From positions 18,860,464 through 18,924,463 of the forward strand of contig NC_043011.1 of the NCBI RefSeq assembly GCF_006345805.1: a stretch of 64,000 bases of DNA, given 5' to 3'. This document shows, one piece after another, positions 40,192 through 52,637 of the stretch. How positions within the stretch are numbered: position 1 is the stretch's first letter; the number at the start of each line of letters is the position of its first letter. Origin of the DNA: Octopus sinensis (taxonomy: Eukaryota). The translations under genes and the position numbers were made by a program. The notes beneath the pieces were generated by a model. The model ran no database searches and was not told the origin of the DNA. It worked only from the letters and a program-made list of their open reading frames with translations.

Positions 40192-41199
40192 TGCTAGAAT
40201 GGAACTTATATATTAATTCAATCTATACTCTTACAAACGCTACACCTTTAAAAAGAAATGGACTTGTTTGATTGGCCCTTTAGAAAAAACGGTCAATCTT
40301 CGAGCGATAAACAAAAAGGTCAAAAATATATGTATATATATATAAAAAAACTTATAAAAATTATAAAATTATAAAATCCGAGGAAAAAACCGAGGAAAAA
40401 ACCTATTGCCGTTAATGAAGACAGTACAAATTAATGCATAGAAATTAAACCTGTTATAAATACTGCAATACATATTTATATTAAAATCCACATATATATA
40501 TCAACATACACAAAAGGATGCGCGTAAACGCCATACATACATATACAGACGTATGAATATGAATCTAAATTATACACATAAAAGCATGTGTACATATATT
40601 CACGCAAACCGTCTCGCACGCAAGCTAAAATTCATCTATGTAGCAATTCTCATATACTGAGCAAGGAGGGGGAACGAAAGAAAGGGAAAGAGAGAAAAAG
40701 GAACGAAAGAGGGGGGGACTTGTAGCGATGTTATTGGCATCTATAGAGGCCAGTATACATACACAAGTTTGAATTGATACATATACATACCGTCGTGTGT
40801 ATGCGTGCTTAAGCACAAGCATACTTTCACTTACACATACACAGATACGCATGCTTACAAATACATATGCTTTGCTATACATATACTTATATAAACATTC
40901 TAATTTTGACAACATTGCTTTTTTTTAAAAAAAAACATTGCTTTTAAAAAATGGGTGCATTAATAAAAATATATACGAAAGACATATAAAATAAAATATA
41001 ACATCCTATTTTGGGTCATTTATAAATAATCAAGGTAATATAAATAATCAAGGTAATCCTATGCAATACAATAACATGAAAACAAAGTTTGTAGGTTTTT
41101 CCTAATATATATGTAGAAACAATAAGACTTTGCTATAGGTCCGTCGTAGCGCTGAAGAGTCAAAATCAAAATCAAAAATCAAAATACAAAATATATACT

Positions 41200-41420
41200 C
41201 TATCCATATGGTATATTTATATTCGACATTTTAAATTTAGCCGCGTGCCTACATAAGTTCATTAACTCACTTCTTTGATTCAAAGAATTATTGTCTTTGA
41301 ATAATATGTGCATTTTCTCTAATAAGCAAAGCCTGCACTTGAAATTATATTTGTAAGCTCCATGCCTGTATGGTGCCGCCCTGTCCAGAATGCTCCATGT
41401 CACGTTGAAAGGTGGGGCTT
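41200..41420 (-). mobile_element. Penelope-like endonuclease C-terminal remnant
   Basis: TWSILDRAAPYRHGAYKYNFKCRLCLLEKMHILFKDNNSLNQRSELMNLCRHAAKF matches the PLE C..C/LN.RSE..CRH tail. Confidence 0.8.
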
Positions 41421-41457
41421 CCTTTTCTTTTAGTTCCCAGACATATTTTGCTAGGCT

Positions 41458-41500
<43 letters not shown>

Positions 41501-41759
41501 GCATATATTTTAATATGTATGTTTGGCAGATGCACTTATATATGCATCTATCGCTACTATTTCATGTATGAATGCAGGAATATGAGACACATATATAAAT
41601 TGGCTTGATAGTCTTGACCATATGTCAGAATGAATTTTGTTTTTTACTCTGAAAAGTGAATATGTATATATCAGTTGGTTTATTTACTGAAAGAAGACAG
41701 ATGTTAAAATTTCGTGTGATTAAATGAAATAGTGGCACGCACACTTATGTGTGAGTGTA

Positions 41760-41762
41760 TGC

Positions 41763-41800
<38 letters not shown>

Positions 41801-42068
41801 CGAGAGAGCGAGAGAAACAGACAGACAGACACACAGAGAGAAAGAGAGTGACAGAAAGGCACAAAGAAATTAATGAGAGAGAGAGACCGATTGATATATA
41901 TATATGTAAATATATATATATATATATATATATAGATAGATAGATACATACATACATACATACATACATACATACATACATAGATTGATAAATAAATAGA
42001 TAGATAGTTAGATAGGTAGATAGATAGATAGATATATAAATAGATAGATAGATAGAAAGATAGATAGC
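41760..42068. repeat. Compound (TA)/(GA)/(GACA)/(TACA)/(TAGA) microsatellite
   Basis: Directly visible. Confidence 0.9.
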
Positions 42069-43394
42069 ATTAGTGTGCAAACAATTTTCATATGTATGTT
42101 TGTTTGTTGTGGTTATATGCATGCGTGCTTATAAGTTGTAGTATATGTGCTTTGGAACACTATTTCACATATATCTTCTAAAGATAAGTTGCCAAAATAT
42201 TTCTTTGTAGTTAAAACACACAGTTTTTTAATAATTTTTCTATAATCTCATAAAAAATTTATATAGTCTTTTCTTCCTAACATTATATTAATATTTTCTT
42301 TCTGTCCTGTGAAGTTTTCAACAGTAGTTTCTGGTTTTTATTCACTTCTCGGTTTTATTTTGCTCCTTTTTCCTAAGCTTCCTTTCAATATCGAATAACG
42401 TCAATGTTGATTTAACTGGCAGTTGTTTCCGTTCCCACACATTCTTATAGCAAATGCATTAGCAACAGAATTGCAAATACAGCAAGACAAAATTTTTAAT
42501 GTTAATGTTTGATATACAAACAAATTCCATAAGATCCCTAAACTGTTTTAAATTATATTTTCATAATATTTTCTTTGAAAATCTGGCATTTGATACAATG
42601 ATATTTCGCACACTTTCTGTGGGTGCACCCTTTGGTTTTGTTTCTATTTACAATGCATTTTGCTTCAAGAGTAATCATTAACAACGGTTATTTTCGCATT
42701 TTCTTTTTACATTTGTTATTTGTTTCCTCCTCGGATCTTAATCATTTTTTATTAAATATCTTTCGGTAGCCTTTGTTGACATAGTATCACCCAATGGCAA
42801 AGCCGCACAGAGCTTTGGTTCCAAATTATTATAATTTTTTATTAAAAAGTCGGAAAAATGATTTCAAATTTAAGTAAATAGAAAAGCAAAATTACTGGAG
42901 ACAGGAGTTTGCAAAGGAATGCGACGAAATATTATAACATTAGTTTGGTACTGTTCTGATACAAATTAACAAATAACTATTTATCAGAAACTTAACTAGC
43001 TACTTCAACGAAAATTTACTTTTTCTTTTGACAACATGCATAAACTCAAACGTGCATAGAAACAAATATATTTATATTAATGCCAACAGCAACTATTATT
43101 GTTACTATCATTTTCAATGTATCTTTGGAATGAATTCTAAGAGATATACACACCCACTGATATTTATGGAGTGTTCCAAGATTGACGTACATCTTCCTCA
43201 GGTTTTCTACATTACACTGGACACTATATTCAAGGACAGACCAACAACGGAATCAAGGAAGACCATGAAACACCCGTTGAAAACTATTGCTTTAAAATAT
43301 TGGTATAAAGCTAGCGGTTATGCTGAGAGTATCTGTCGTTATTTTTTTCTTCACTCCTTCCACATCTCCATATTCCGTAGTATCACGTTCCGTT

Positions 43395-43993
43395 ACGAGT
43401 TATGACCTTCAAAAAATTTTCCAGGTAAACTTCCAACTGATCTTTCAGTTCACGACGCGCATTTATTCGTGACTTCTTTACAACTTCCGTGAGCAAGTGA
43501 ACGCAAATTTTGCTGCAGCTACTCTCATTCACATTTCCTTGCTCAACATTCGTTGGCAGGAGCTCCAGGCGACACCAGTTATATCAACAATTTCGCCAAT
43601 TGTTCGGTGACGCTCTTCCAAGATCAGTCCATGAATTTTCATGATATTTTCATTTGTTCTGGAGGTCGACGATTGTCCTAAACAGAGGAAACCACTCGTA
43701 AACTTGTGTTTTGCTGATGGAAGCTTCCTCGTAAGCTGTTTTAACAATGACAACTGTTTTGGCCGCAGTTTTTCCCAGCAGAATACAGAATTTCCAGAAA
43801 GCCATTGCAAAGTTGACGAACAGATGAGAAGCACTACAGAAAAAAAGACGCACCATGCGGCAGTACGAGACCAGTCTACGATGCCGATCAGCAGATTGAT
43901 GCCTGAGGGTAGCATTAAGTGGCTCCTAGCTATAGAAAATTGAACTACAAAGGATTTGGCCCCCAGGGAAGTTTTCCGCTTACTTTTGGGTAT
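43395..43993 (-). mobile_element. Mariner remnant, 5' end and HTH region
   Basis: KFCILLGKTAAKTVVIVKTAYEEASISKTQVYEWF..GQSSTSRTNENIMKIHGLILEERHRTIGEIVDITGVAWSSCQRMLSKEM; TIR-like CCCAAAAGTAAGCGGA at the start. Confidence 0.85.
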
Positions 43994-44028
43994 ATATACA
44001 TATGTGTGTGTGTGTGTATGTGTGTGTA

Positions 44029-44062
<34 letters not shown>

Positions 44063-44619
44063 TGTATGCATATAAAGCTGCATGGTTACGTTTAAGTGGT
44101 ATGAAATATCGAACACCACATAAAATATCCATGCAGCAGAAGAATATATCAGAGAGAGGTTTAAAGAGCATGTAGTGTGGGAAATAGTTTAGTAATAAAT
44201 GAAAGAAAGAAATGTGTAGATGCATAATTCCACATCCATATTAAAAAATTTCTTGAATAAGCTCTCTGTAAACTCTTCATAATCCAACTACGCTAACTCA
44301 GTATTTAGACATCAGGTGAAATACCATGTGATTGTTTACCTTAAATAATCTCAAGTTATTCCACATCATTCGATGCCGTGTAGTATAACCTGGAGTATGG
44401 TAGAGTACTTGCACTATCCCTGCCTCAATAAGATATCTCCAACCAATCATAAATATATATGTATATATATATATGTGTGTGTGTGTATGTGTGTGTATGT
44501 GTGTGTGTGCTTGCGTGTGTGTGTGTATGTATGTGTGTGTTTATATTTATATTTGTGTGCGTTTGCGTGTTGTGTTTGGCTATCCGTCGTACGTCGATTT
44601 TGAGTCTTCTTGCTCCATA

Positions 44620-45170
44620 ACTCTCTCTATTATTTCTCCATGACGGCTGGAATTAAGTGCATCCGCGGCCGGTGCCATACATCACGTTGCAGGCCTTCCC
44701 CTCCCAGGTAGAATAGTATAGGACAGTTCTTGATATGTCTCTTCAGCACATTTCTGTATCGCAACATGTCGCCTACCGTGATGAAGTTTAGTATAGAAAA
44801 CAACGTTTCGTCCTCCATATTACAAAATATGTATCACCTCGTGTAACTGCGACGATGTTGCGAGGCCCTCCACATTAACTGTGCCAGCATGGCATCGAAC
44901 ATCAGGAATATGATCCTGCCATCCGATACGCAGAATGAAGCGCAGATGACGAGTTGGTCTCAACCTGCGGTAGAGGGTCATGCATCTGCCGGATAGAGGA
45001 AGCAAGTGGGCATTACAACACTGTTCACTTTTACTTCGTGTTCTGGAAACTATTCTGGCAGCTCCATACATGCTACTTGAGAGAGCCAAAAGCTTTTGTG
45101 ACAGACTGTAGTCGACGAACCACTTCAAGGTGATTAGACTTGTTACAAGTCACTGCCGAAATAGGTAAGG
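44620..45170 (-). mobile_element. RTE-clade LINE, RT C-terminal remnant
   Basis: TLYRR..HLRFILRIGWQDHIPD..NVEGLATSSQL..VVFYTKL.HG, matching the RTE/BovB-type thumb region. Confidence 0.7.
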
Positions 45171-45179
45171 GCCTCAGCG

Positions 45180-45559
45180 TACATTCGGGATCTTTTTTTG
45201 TGTTTGAACGGCAGTTTTTAACTTAATTTCTAGGTAACTAAAAACTTTTATACTGGTAGAATGTGTTTATAAAATATCTTTTTCTCTTGGCTTTATTGAG
45301 AAAATTCTATAGTTTGTAAGATATTTGTTGCTGTTTTTCTTCAATTTCTGCAATTTCAACCAATCAATTACGTCCAGTGAGGTAAAAAAAATATTCTGTG
45401 CCGTATGAATGTCTCCCTCGTTTAAGAAACAGATTGGGTTTATTTACATTTGTGAAGAAAAAAAGATACCCTTCCCCCACCCCTAACGCTGACAATTTCA
45501 TATGACACCTCTAGAAAAAAACTGCCGTTCAAACCGAAAAGATTCTACATTCGGGATCT
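45180..45559. mobile_element. MITE-like element with subterminal inverted repeats
   Basis: TTTGAACGGCAGTTTTT (~45203-45219) is inverted to AAAAACTGCCGTTCAAA (~45517-45533); an internal CCCCTAAC remnant is present; no ORF. Confidence 0.65.
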
Positions 45560-46944
45560 CTGAATACCGTCACTGGCTCAGGCTCGTTTGATCTAGCAGA
45601 ATTTGGGTGTGCGCTGGTAGAGTAGCTCAGTTTTGGAAGTGTTCAAAAACGTTTTGAAATATTCGAAAAGTGTAGACATTGAGAACAAACGGTCCAATAC
45701 ATTTACATATATACTAATATATATGTGTGTGCGTCTGTGTGTGCACAAGAAACTTCTGTTAAATTGATATGAAAGCATACAAAACAAAAAAAATCTGCCA
45801 GTCATTGTATATTTTTGTTAGAAAGTTTTATATTACAAAAGCGATTCAACTAATTTAGTTCCAATAATTATCTGAATCTCTTGTTTCAAATCTCTGAAAT
45901 AATAGAAGTGATATGAAGATACGACTTGAAACTTTATGATCGGTTTTCTATGATCATTAATTGTCAAACTCATATTCATTATTCTTTTACGATATATTTT
46001 CTACTATAATAGACTGTCACGTAAATCGACAATAATATGGATCTCTTCTACTTAAACTTGATAGATATATATTAAATATAAATAAATGTGTCAGTTATTA
46101 AAACGTTCTGGTCTATGACGTTAATCATAAATGAAACTCATCTTTGCCGAAGGAGAACATTTTTTTCATTCTTATTCTTTATTTTTTATTTGTTTCAGTA
46201 ATTAGACTACAGTCATGTTGGGGCACCATCATGCAGTTTTTCATTTGCAAAATCGACCCTAGAACTGAGTTTCATCGTTTCCAGGCCTGGAATATACTGG
46301 TATCTACTGCCGAACTAATAGCCTACAAGTTCATAAACAAATCACCGGTTAAGAACTCTAGTGTGTGACAAAATCATGCATGATCATACCAACGCGCTCG
46401 CACACGCAGGCACACACACACACAAACCCGCAAACACACACACACACACACACTCACTCTTATCTATAATAATGCGTACATGTATATATCTATGCACAGA
46501 AAATATTTAATGTCACATGGTATTAGTTGGTCTGGAGCTATAGCAGAAAGTACCTGGTCAGGGTGTAGTGTAGTAGACATGTGTCTGAAGCTACCTGGTT
46601 GCTATGTATCAATACACTTTCCATAACATTCGTAGAATATATTATTAATTGTTTGCTTATTTGCAAATTTCACTATAATATGGTTGGTGAGAGTACAGCA
46701 AGTAGATTTCAGTTTCATGTTTAGTCGATAATTACCAGTGATATATCTACATATGGCAAAGTAACGCTGCATACGACACATTTCTAAGAAATTCGCTTGG
46801 TAAAAATCCTATTTTTGTTTCGAGCCCCTTCGATACTAAAATTTCCTCCGGGGTTTTCCATATTCTTGTGCAGTCTGCTGAACTGTGAATGGAAATTGAT
46901 AGGTGGATGGCGAATTAAAGTATGTCGTATGATTCGGGTTTTTT

Positions 46945-47160
46945 TTTTACTTCTATGTGTTTCAGTCATTTGAGTGCGGCCATGCCGGAGCACTGCCTTG
47001 ATGGTTGTTAGTGCTTATTCTATCGGAGTCGTGAGCCGAACCACTAAGTTACGGGAACGTAAAGTCACCGACACACTTGTAGTGAAGTGGTGAGTGAGTT
47101 ACAGTACGGACAGACACAAATAGATAAATGCACAAACACACGCACACGCTCACATACACA
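46945..47160 (-). mobile_element. SINE family A, 3' part; a more degenerate copy lies at ~46180-46400
   Basis: TTTCAGTCATTTGAGTGCGGCCATGCCGGAGCACTGCC..CTTATTCTATCGG..CTAAGTTACGGGAACGTAAA. Confidence 0.75.
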
Positions 47161-47186
47161 CACGCTACGCACACGCACATACACTC

Positions 47187-47239
<53 letters not shown>

Positions 47240-47284
47240 TATATACATACATAATATATATATATATACATACATAATATATTA

Positions 47285-47316
<32 letters not shown>

Positions 47317-47628
47317 CAAAGCGGTTTGTATGATTGTGCATAGGAGAATATATGACTTAAAGGAATTCAACACTGGTTTTTGTTTTATTTATATTTACAA
47401 TCGAAGAGTTCCTGTCAAAATCTGAACCTGATGAGTACTTAAATGCAAGAAACTATACTAGTTCAATGAGAATATTTAATATTTAATTTTCAGTGTTTCA
47501 TTTGTTCAATAAGAAATCAATACTTCATTTCATATCTTTCTTAAATATATATTTTATATTTCATATCCTGTATTAATATTATAAGAATATAAATAAAACA
47601 TACAAAATGGAGTTGGAATTCCTTTGAG

Positions 47629-47704
<76 letters not shown>

Positions 47705-47761
47705 TGTATTGGTACAAACAGGAACATTACAACTCAAAATATGAGTTTATATACATCTTTA

Positions 47762-47860
47762 ATTAATATTTAGCAGAAGTAGCAGAATGACTCAAATTCC
47801 GAAACTTTTGCACCAAACTCTCCCCCCTTGAGTCACATGTTATTTCTGCTAAATATTAAT
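47762..47860. mobile_element. 99-bp hairpin MITE in TA-rich context
   Basis: Arms 47762-47795 and 47828-47860: the outer 17 bp ATTAATATTTAGCAGAA are perfectly inverted, and inner TGACTCAA/TTGAGTCA are also inverted. Confidence 0.75.
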
Positions 47861-48344
47861 ATACTAGATATCTCTGTGCCGTCAAAAATGAGGGCTAATT
47901 GTAGTACTTAATATATAAGGTACAAATACAAGTTTTTATTTTAATCATTTTTCTATTACCAAATTAATAATATACAGTCCGAATGCAGTCATTTTATATG
48001 CTTGATACACTCAGGCAATAATTATTTGCCCGAATGAATTTGTATATGTATACGTTTGTGTAGCTGTGTGTGATTGTAATAATTATTTTTTAACTAAACA
48101 TATAGAATATGGATGGTAATGAAATTAATACTCTTGTCAATGATATCTAGTGGATGTCTTTTGAGATATGACATCGATCATCGTTTGTTACTGAAAGAAC
48201 TTTGGTTTACACATACAAACATTCACATACTTCCCTTGTACACGCACACCCATATACACATATACTCACACTGGTTCAACTTTCACAATCCCGCTTCCAT
48301 TGCACATACATACACATACACACACAAACCTTTTTACATACTCA

Positions 48345-48577
48345 CCCAGAGTTGCAATGCTGGCAGAGTCGTTACCACACCGGGCGAAATGCTTAGTGTT
48401 ATTTCGTCTGCCGCAACGTTCTGAGTTGAAACTTCGCCGATGTCGACTCCACCTTTCATCCGTTCGGTGTCGATTAAATAAGTACCAGCTACGCACTGGG
48501 GTCGATGTAATAGACTTAATCCCTTTCTCTGTCCGCGTTTGTTCCCTCTGTGTTTAGCCCTCTGTAGTCAATAAACA
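48345..48577 (+). mobile_element. SINE family B
   Basis: GCTGGCAGAGTCGTTACCACACCGGGCGAAATGCTTAG..GAGTTGAAACTTCGCC..CCTTTCATCCGTTCGGTGTCGAT. Confidence 0.85.
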
Positions 48578-49089
48578 AATAAATATTCGTGATGCAAAAA
48601 CATAAACCATATATCCATTTTCATAAACTTTACTATATCATTAATATATTATAAATTCTCTAAAAACAATCCTGAGGAATCTTCTGCGATTTGATTCATC
48701 ATTTCATATGCAATGGAAATTAAGAATAATTTAATCAAGTCTATCTACAAGTATATTTATAAGCATTTTAATAAGGATAATATATATAGTGAAATTATTA
48801 ATTATAAGTAATTCAGAGTTGGTTATGATTTAACTCGCTAATGTCCTTGATTATATCATCTAATAATAACGAAAGTTAGATATTTTTTACTGTAAAAGAA
48901 ATATTGATAACAATAATTCATCATAACACCAATATAATACCCCTAACCTAAATAATAAGTCTAACAACCATACATAATATAATGATTGAGGGGAAATAAC
49001 ACATATTAACTTCTTTCTTAAGAACCCTTCGAATAAATTCATACATAAAGCTATAAATGTAATCTATGACTGTAAATTTGAAATTAATT

Positions 49090-49430
49090 TAGAATTAAAA
49101 ACTTTATCCCATAGAGATATCTTAGTCTACCAATGTAAAGTTGAATTACAATGAAAGAAATTATATAAGGTCAACAGAAAACAAAATTAAAATTAGAGTT
49201 GCAAATCATAAACAAAGCTTCTAAAATACACAAAAGAAGAACTCTACCGAGTTAATTGATTTCATATGGGAATTAAAGGGTAACAATATCGAATTTAATG
49301 TTAAATAGAACATTTTTTTGTTTTATTAATTCATATAAAATCTCACACAAACGACGTAAGTAGTGTAGCAAAGAGGTATATAAAATCCGTACATCTAGGA
49401 AAGTTTTACTTAACGAAACAAAACATTGAT
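49090..49430 (+). mobile_element. Penelope-like GIY-YIG endonuclease remnant
   Basis: ILVYQCKV..NY(I)..STENKIKIRVANHKQSF..NSTELIDFIWELKGNNIEFNVK; degraded, probably extending upstream to ~48640. Confidence 0.7.
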
Positions 49431-50299
49431 ATTACGTTCACTCAGCGAGATGTGTTTTCTCTAAGTCTTATTAAACTATATGCATATTAGAAGGTAACAT
49501 TCAACATATAATATCCCCACTACTTAGGCGGCATCTTATCTATTGATATAATAAAATTTATAGTTATATCTTAACTATTGATATAATAATTTGTAAGTAA
49601 TATCTACCAATTTATTAGAAGAATTTCCAGAATCCATTTGACCATAAATTCTGCTAATAAAATTTGCTTCTTCTATATTTATATATAACTGAATATTATC
49701 GATTTTATCTCTTACAATCCATATTATATTCAACATTATTACCTTACTTTAATAATTAAAATTCAAATATAATCTGTTTAAACACTAATTAATAATAATT
49801 TTTCATTAATTTGTAGAGATTAACTTCATTATATAATGAAAATGTTTCGTAACTATTTCTACAAAGACCAATTGTGATGATGTAATGCGCCAGATTTCTA
49901 TCTATTGCTAATATAATACCATTTTTCTGTATTTATACATAACTCCTCTGCAAAAGATATGCGCAGGCAAGACCTATCAGTCGAAAGCTACGCATACCGG
50001 AAGTTAGCAAGTGTATGAGGTCATGAGGAGACAATGCGCGCCGTTTCGGAACCTACCTCTCGACGGCATTAATGCCCACCAGCCCCGTCACTGATCTGAG
50101 GCCCCGCTTGCTAAATCAACTGGTTATCTAATAAATCTCAGTCTCAACTGTATATATGGCTATTGACAGTATTATTACTTTGTAAAGACTAATCGTTATA
50201 TCTATAGTTATGTTATTGCTAGACCAATGTGTTTTCAGTCTTCTAAATTCTGCAGCTAGAATCTGTGTCTGCATCGCCGCTTGCTCGTCACTATACTTC

Positions 50300-51050
50300 T
50301 CAGGTAGGAAAAGCTTGTAACTTCTTCGACTGGTTATTGTTTAACTTTCACTGGTACATTTTCTACTTGTTTCCCAACTTGCATTAGCTTCGTTTTTTGA
50401 CCGGTTTCTGAACCAAGTCTTTGCTGCTTCCCTTTCCACATTTGTTGTCATGTATTGTAATGCTGGGCGATTCTCAACCAACAGAGTAACTTCATCGTCA
50501 AAATACAAGTCTGTTACCCGATCCCTCGCCCTCCATTGTATGCCTACAGCCGGTCCCACCATTGATCTTCGCATAACAATATCGATAACCGTCAGAAACA
50601 ACATTGGTGACAGGAAAGAGCCTTGTATAACCCCATTGACGATATTAAGAAAACCAATGTATCCGTACATTTGTCTAATGCAGCAGTTTGAATTGTTGCA
50701 CAAACTGCTAAGGAAACAGGTGCATTCGTCAGGTATTCCATACACTTTTGCAATCTTCCATAGGGTTCCTCTATGTTCTCTGTCAAAAACCTATTTTGAA
50801 GTCAATGACGTTTATTATTAGTGCTCTTTGGTGTCTCCCGCATTTTTCTACGATGTTAGGCAGTACGAATATTTGCTCGCAGCACGATCTGTTGGTTCGA
50901 AATCCGGCCTGTTGCACACTAAGCTTTACGCCAAGTTCAAACTTCAACCGGAACTGCAATATTGAGCACAACACTTTACCCCGCGTTGACGATACTGCTA
51001 TTCCACTCCCTTTTCAGCAGTTGTACAAATCTGTTGTCTCTGGTAGTTTA
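50300..51050 (-). mobile_element. RTE-clade LINE reverse transcriptase remnant
   Basis: QQAGFRTNRSCCEQIFVL.NIVEK..NVIDFK..YGIP..NGVIQGSFLSPMLFLTVIDIVMR..DLYFDDEVTLL (RT motifs 2-5). Confidence 0.85.
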
Positions 51051-52517
51051 ATAATGATTCATATGCATGTCTATCTATCTATCTGCTATAAACGCTTTCT
51101 TTTCAATTAGTTAATTTGTTTGTGCCCTTTCCTATCATGCACTACGCGCCTACTTGTCACACCTAGCATCATGATTGCAGAAATCACTGACTCCAGTACC
51201 CCACTAAATCATGATCCCCCTGAAATCTGCCACTGTTCATATCATTTTTTTTATTAATGTAAGACTTTCCCCTGGCGTTTAAATGAAATATTTGAGTCGT
51301 CAGTCTCACAGTCAGCCGAGAGACTTAATATGCATTCATACATGAATACATTTGTGTATACATCCACCTATGTATTATTAATTACTGCGTCTGTAGGAAA
51401 GCGAAGTACTCATTGATTTTAGCGTACTCTGATCCAATGTTTCTGAGCATGATGCTGTTACATCTTCGTTTAATCATTCGAGGATCGACCAGTGTATGAA
51501 AGATCTGAACTTGGGAGTATTTCAGACGTCCCGCGATTTAGATGGACGTACAGTGGCTAGTTTGTATTACGTGTCTGAAGGTAACTAAGTAAGAAGTATA
51601 TATATGTGTGTCTTTGTGTGTGAGTATGGTTGAGTGCGTGTTAGTATATCTAGGCATGCACATATTTGTGTATGCATAGATATATCTACGTATGTGTGTT
51701 TGCGTTGAGGTACTTGAAGAGGAATGCGAATACCTTTTCGTATGTCAGTTAATCAATGCATATCTGTAAAGGAAATGGGAAACATTTCCGGAATTTATTC
51801 AGCACAAGATTAATCCCCTTTTACATTCGCTTTCAGAGATGCTGAAAATTGTAAACAGGCAATACTTAACAGCCCACAAATATACTTAGTTATGCACACC
51901 CGACTTGTATTGATAATGAAATATAAAGTATAGATGCATAATAAAGTTCTTGAGAAACAAAAGTTCACAAAATAAAGGAGTCGTACTAATGTTTATGTAA
52001 ATTGTAATATGTAAAATTTGTCAATGGTTATAAAAATATTCACTGTGCAATCTACTACACATTGTGAACTGTGTAGTAGGATTTTCAATTGTAAAGAAGT
52101 ATAACTGCACGCAAAATATAACTGTGCACATTTTCCATTTGAAAGTCCCATCTTTTACCGACGTTTTTTTCTCTATTTTTTGTATTGAATGATATGTAAT
52201 ATGGTCCATGTATGTGATATCCAGCAACTCCTCATACATTCAGCATGATTGTAAGGCTACTCCCATAAATCACTTGGGTACATCTGATAATGTACTTTCA
52301 TTTGGTAAAAATGTGTCAAGTTTTAAAACATCAAGAAGTAACGAATTACTATGCGAATATTGTATTATGCAGAAACAAGCAGGACCTGCGGGTGCTAAGC
52401 TGTCATAATAGAAAGAGAACCTGGAGGTGATTAATTTACGATGAATATGAGGCAGTGCATTTGCGCTGAGAAATGTAAGTTTATAATGAATAAGTGATAT
52501 GGTGATCAGAATGTCAC

Positions 52518-52637
52518 TTTTGTGACATGTGTAAATCAGGAAGTTTGCATTTTTAAGCTATACGATTTGCGTATAATTTTTGTGGCATGTGTAAATCAGG
52601 AAGATTACAGTTTTAAGCTACACAAGTTGACTATAAT
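52518..52637. repeat. 60-bp diverged tandem duplication (2 copies)
   Basis: Units 52518-52577 and 52578-52637 share TTTTGTG.CATGTGTAAATCAGGAAG and TTTTAAGCTA at identical offsets. Confidence 0.9.

Noticed and set aside
41148-41185. CTGAAGAGTC next to the PLE endonuclease end
   Set aside because: Truncated by (CAAAAT)n; there is no GAAA or stem III half.
42250-42830. Cys-containing fragments in several minus frames
   Set aside because: No frame stays open and no transposase or host motif could be identified.
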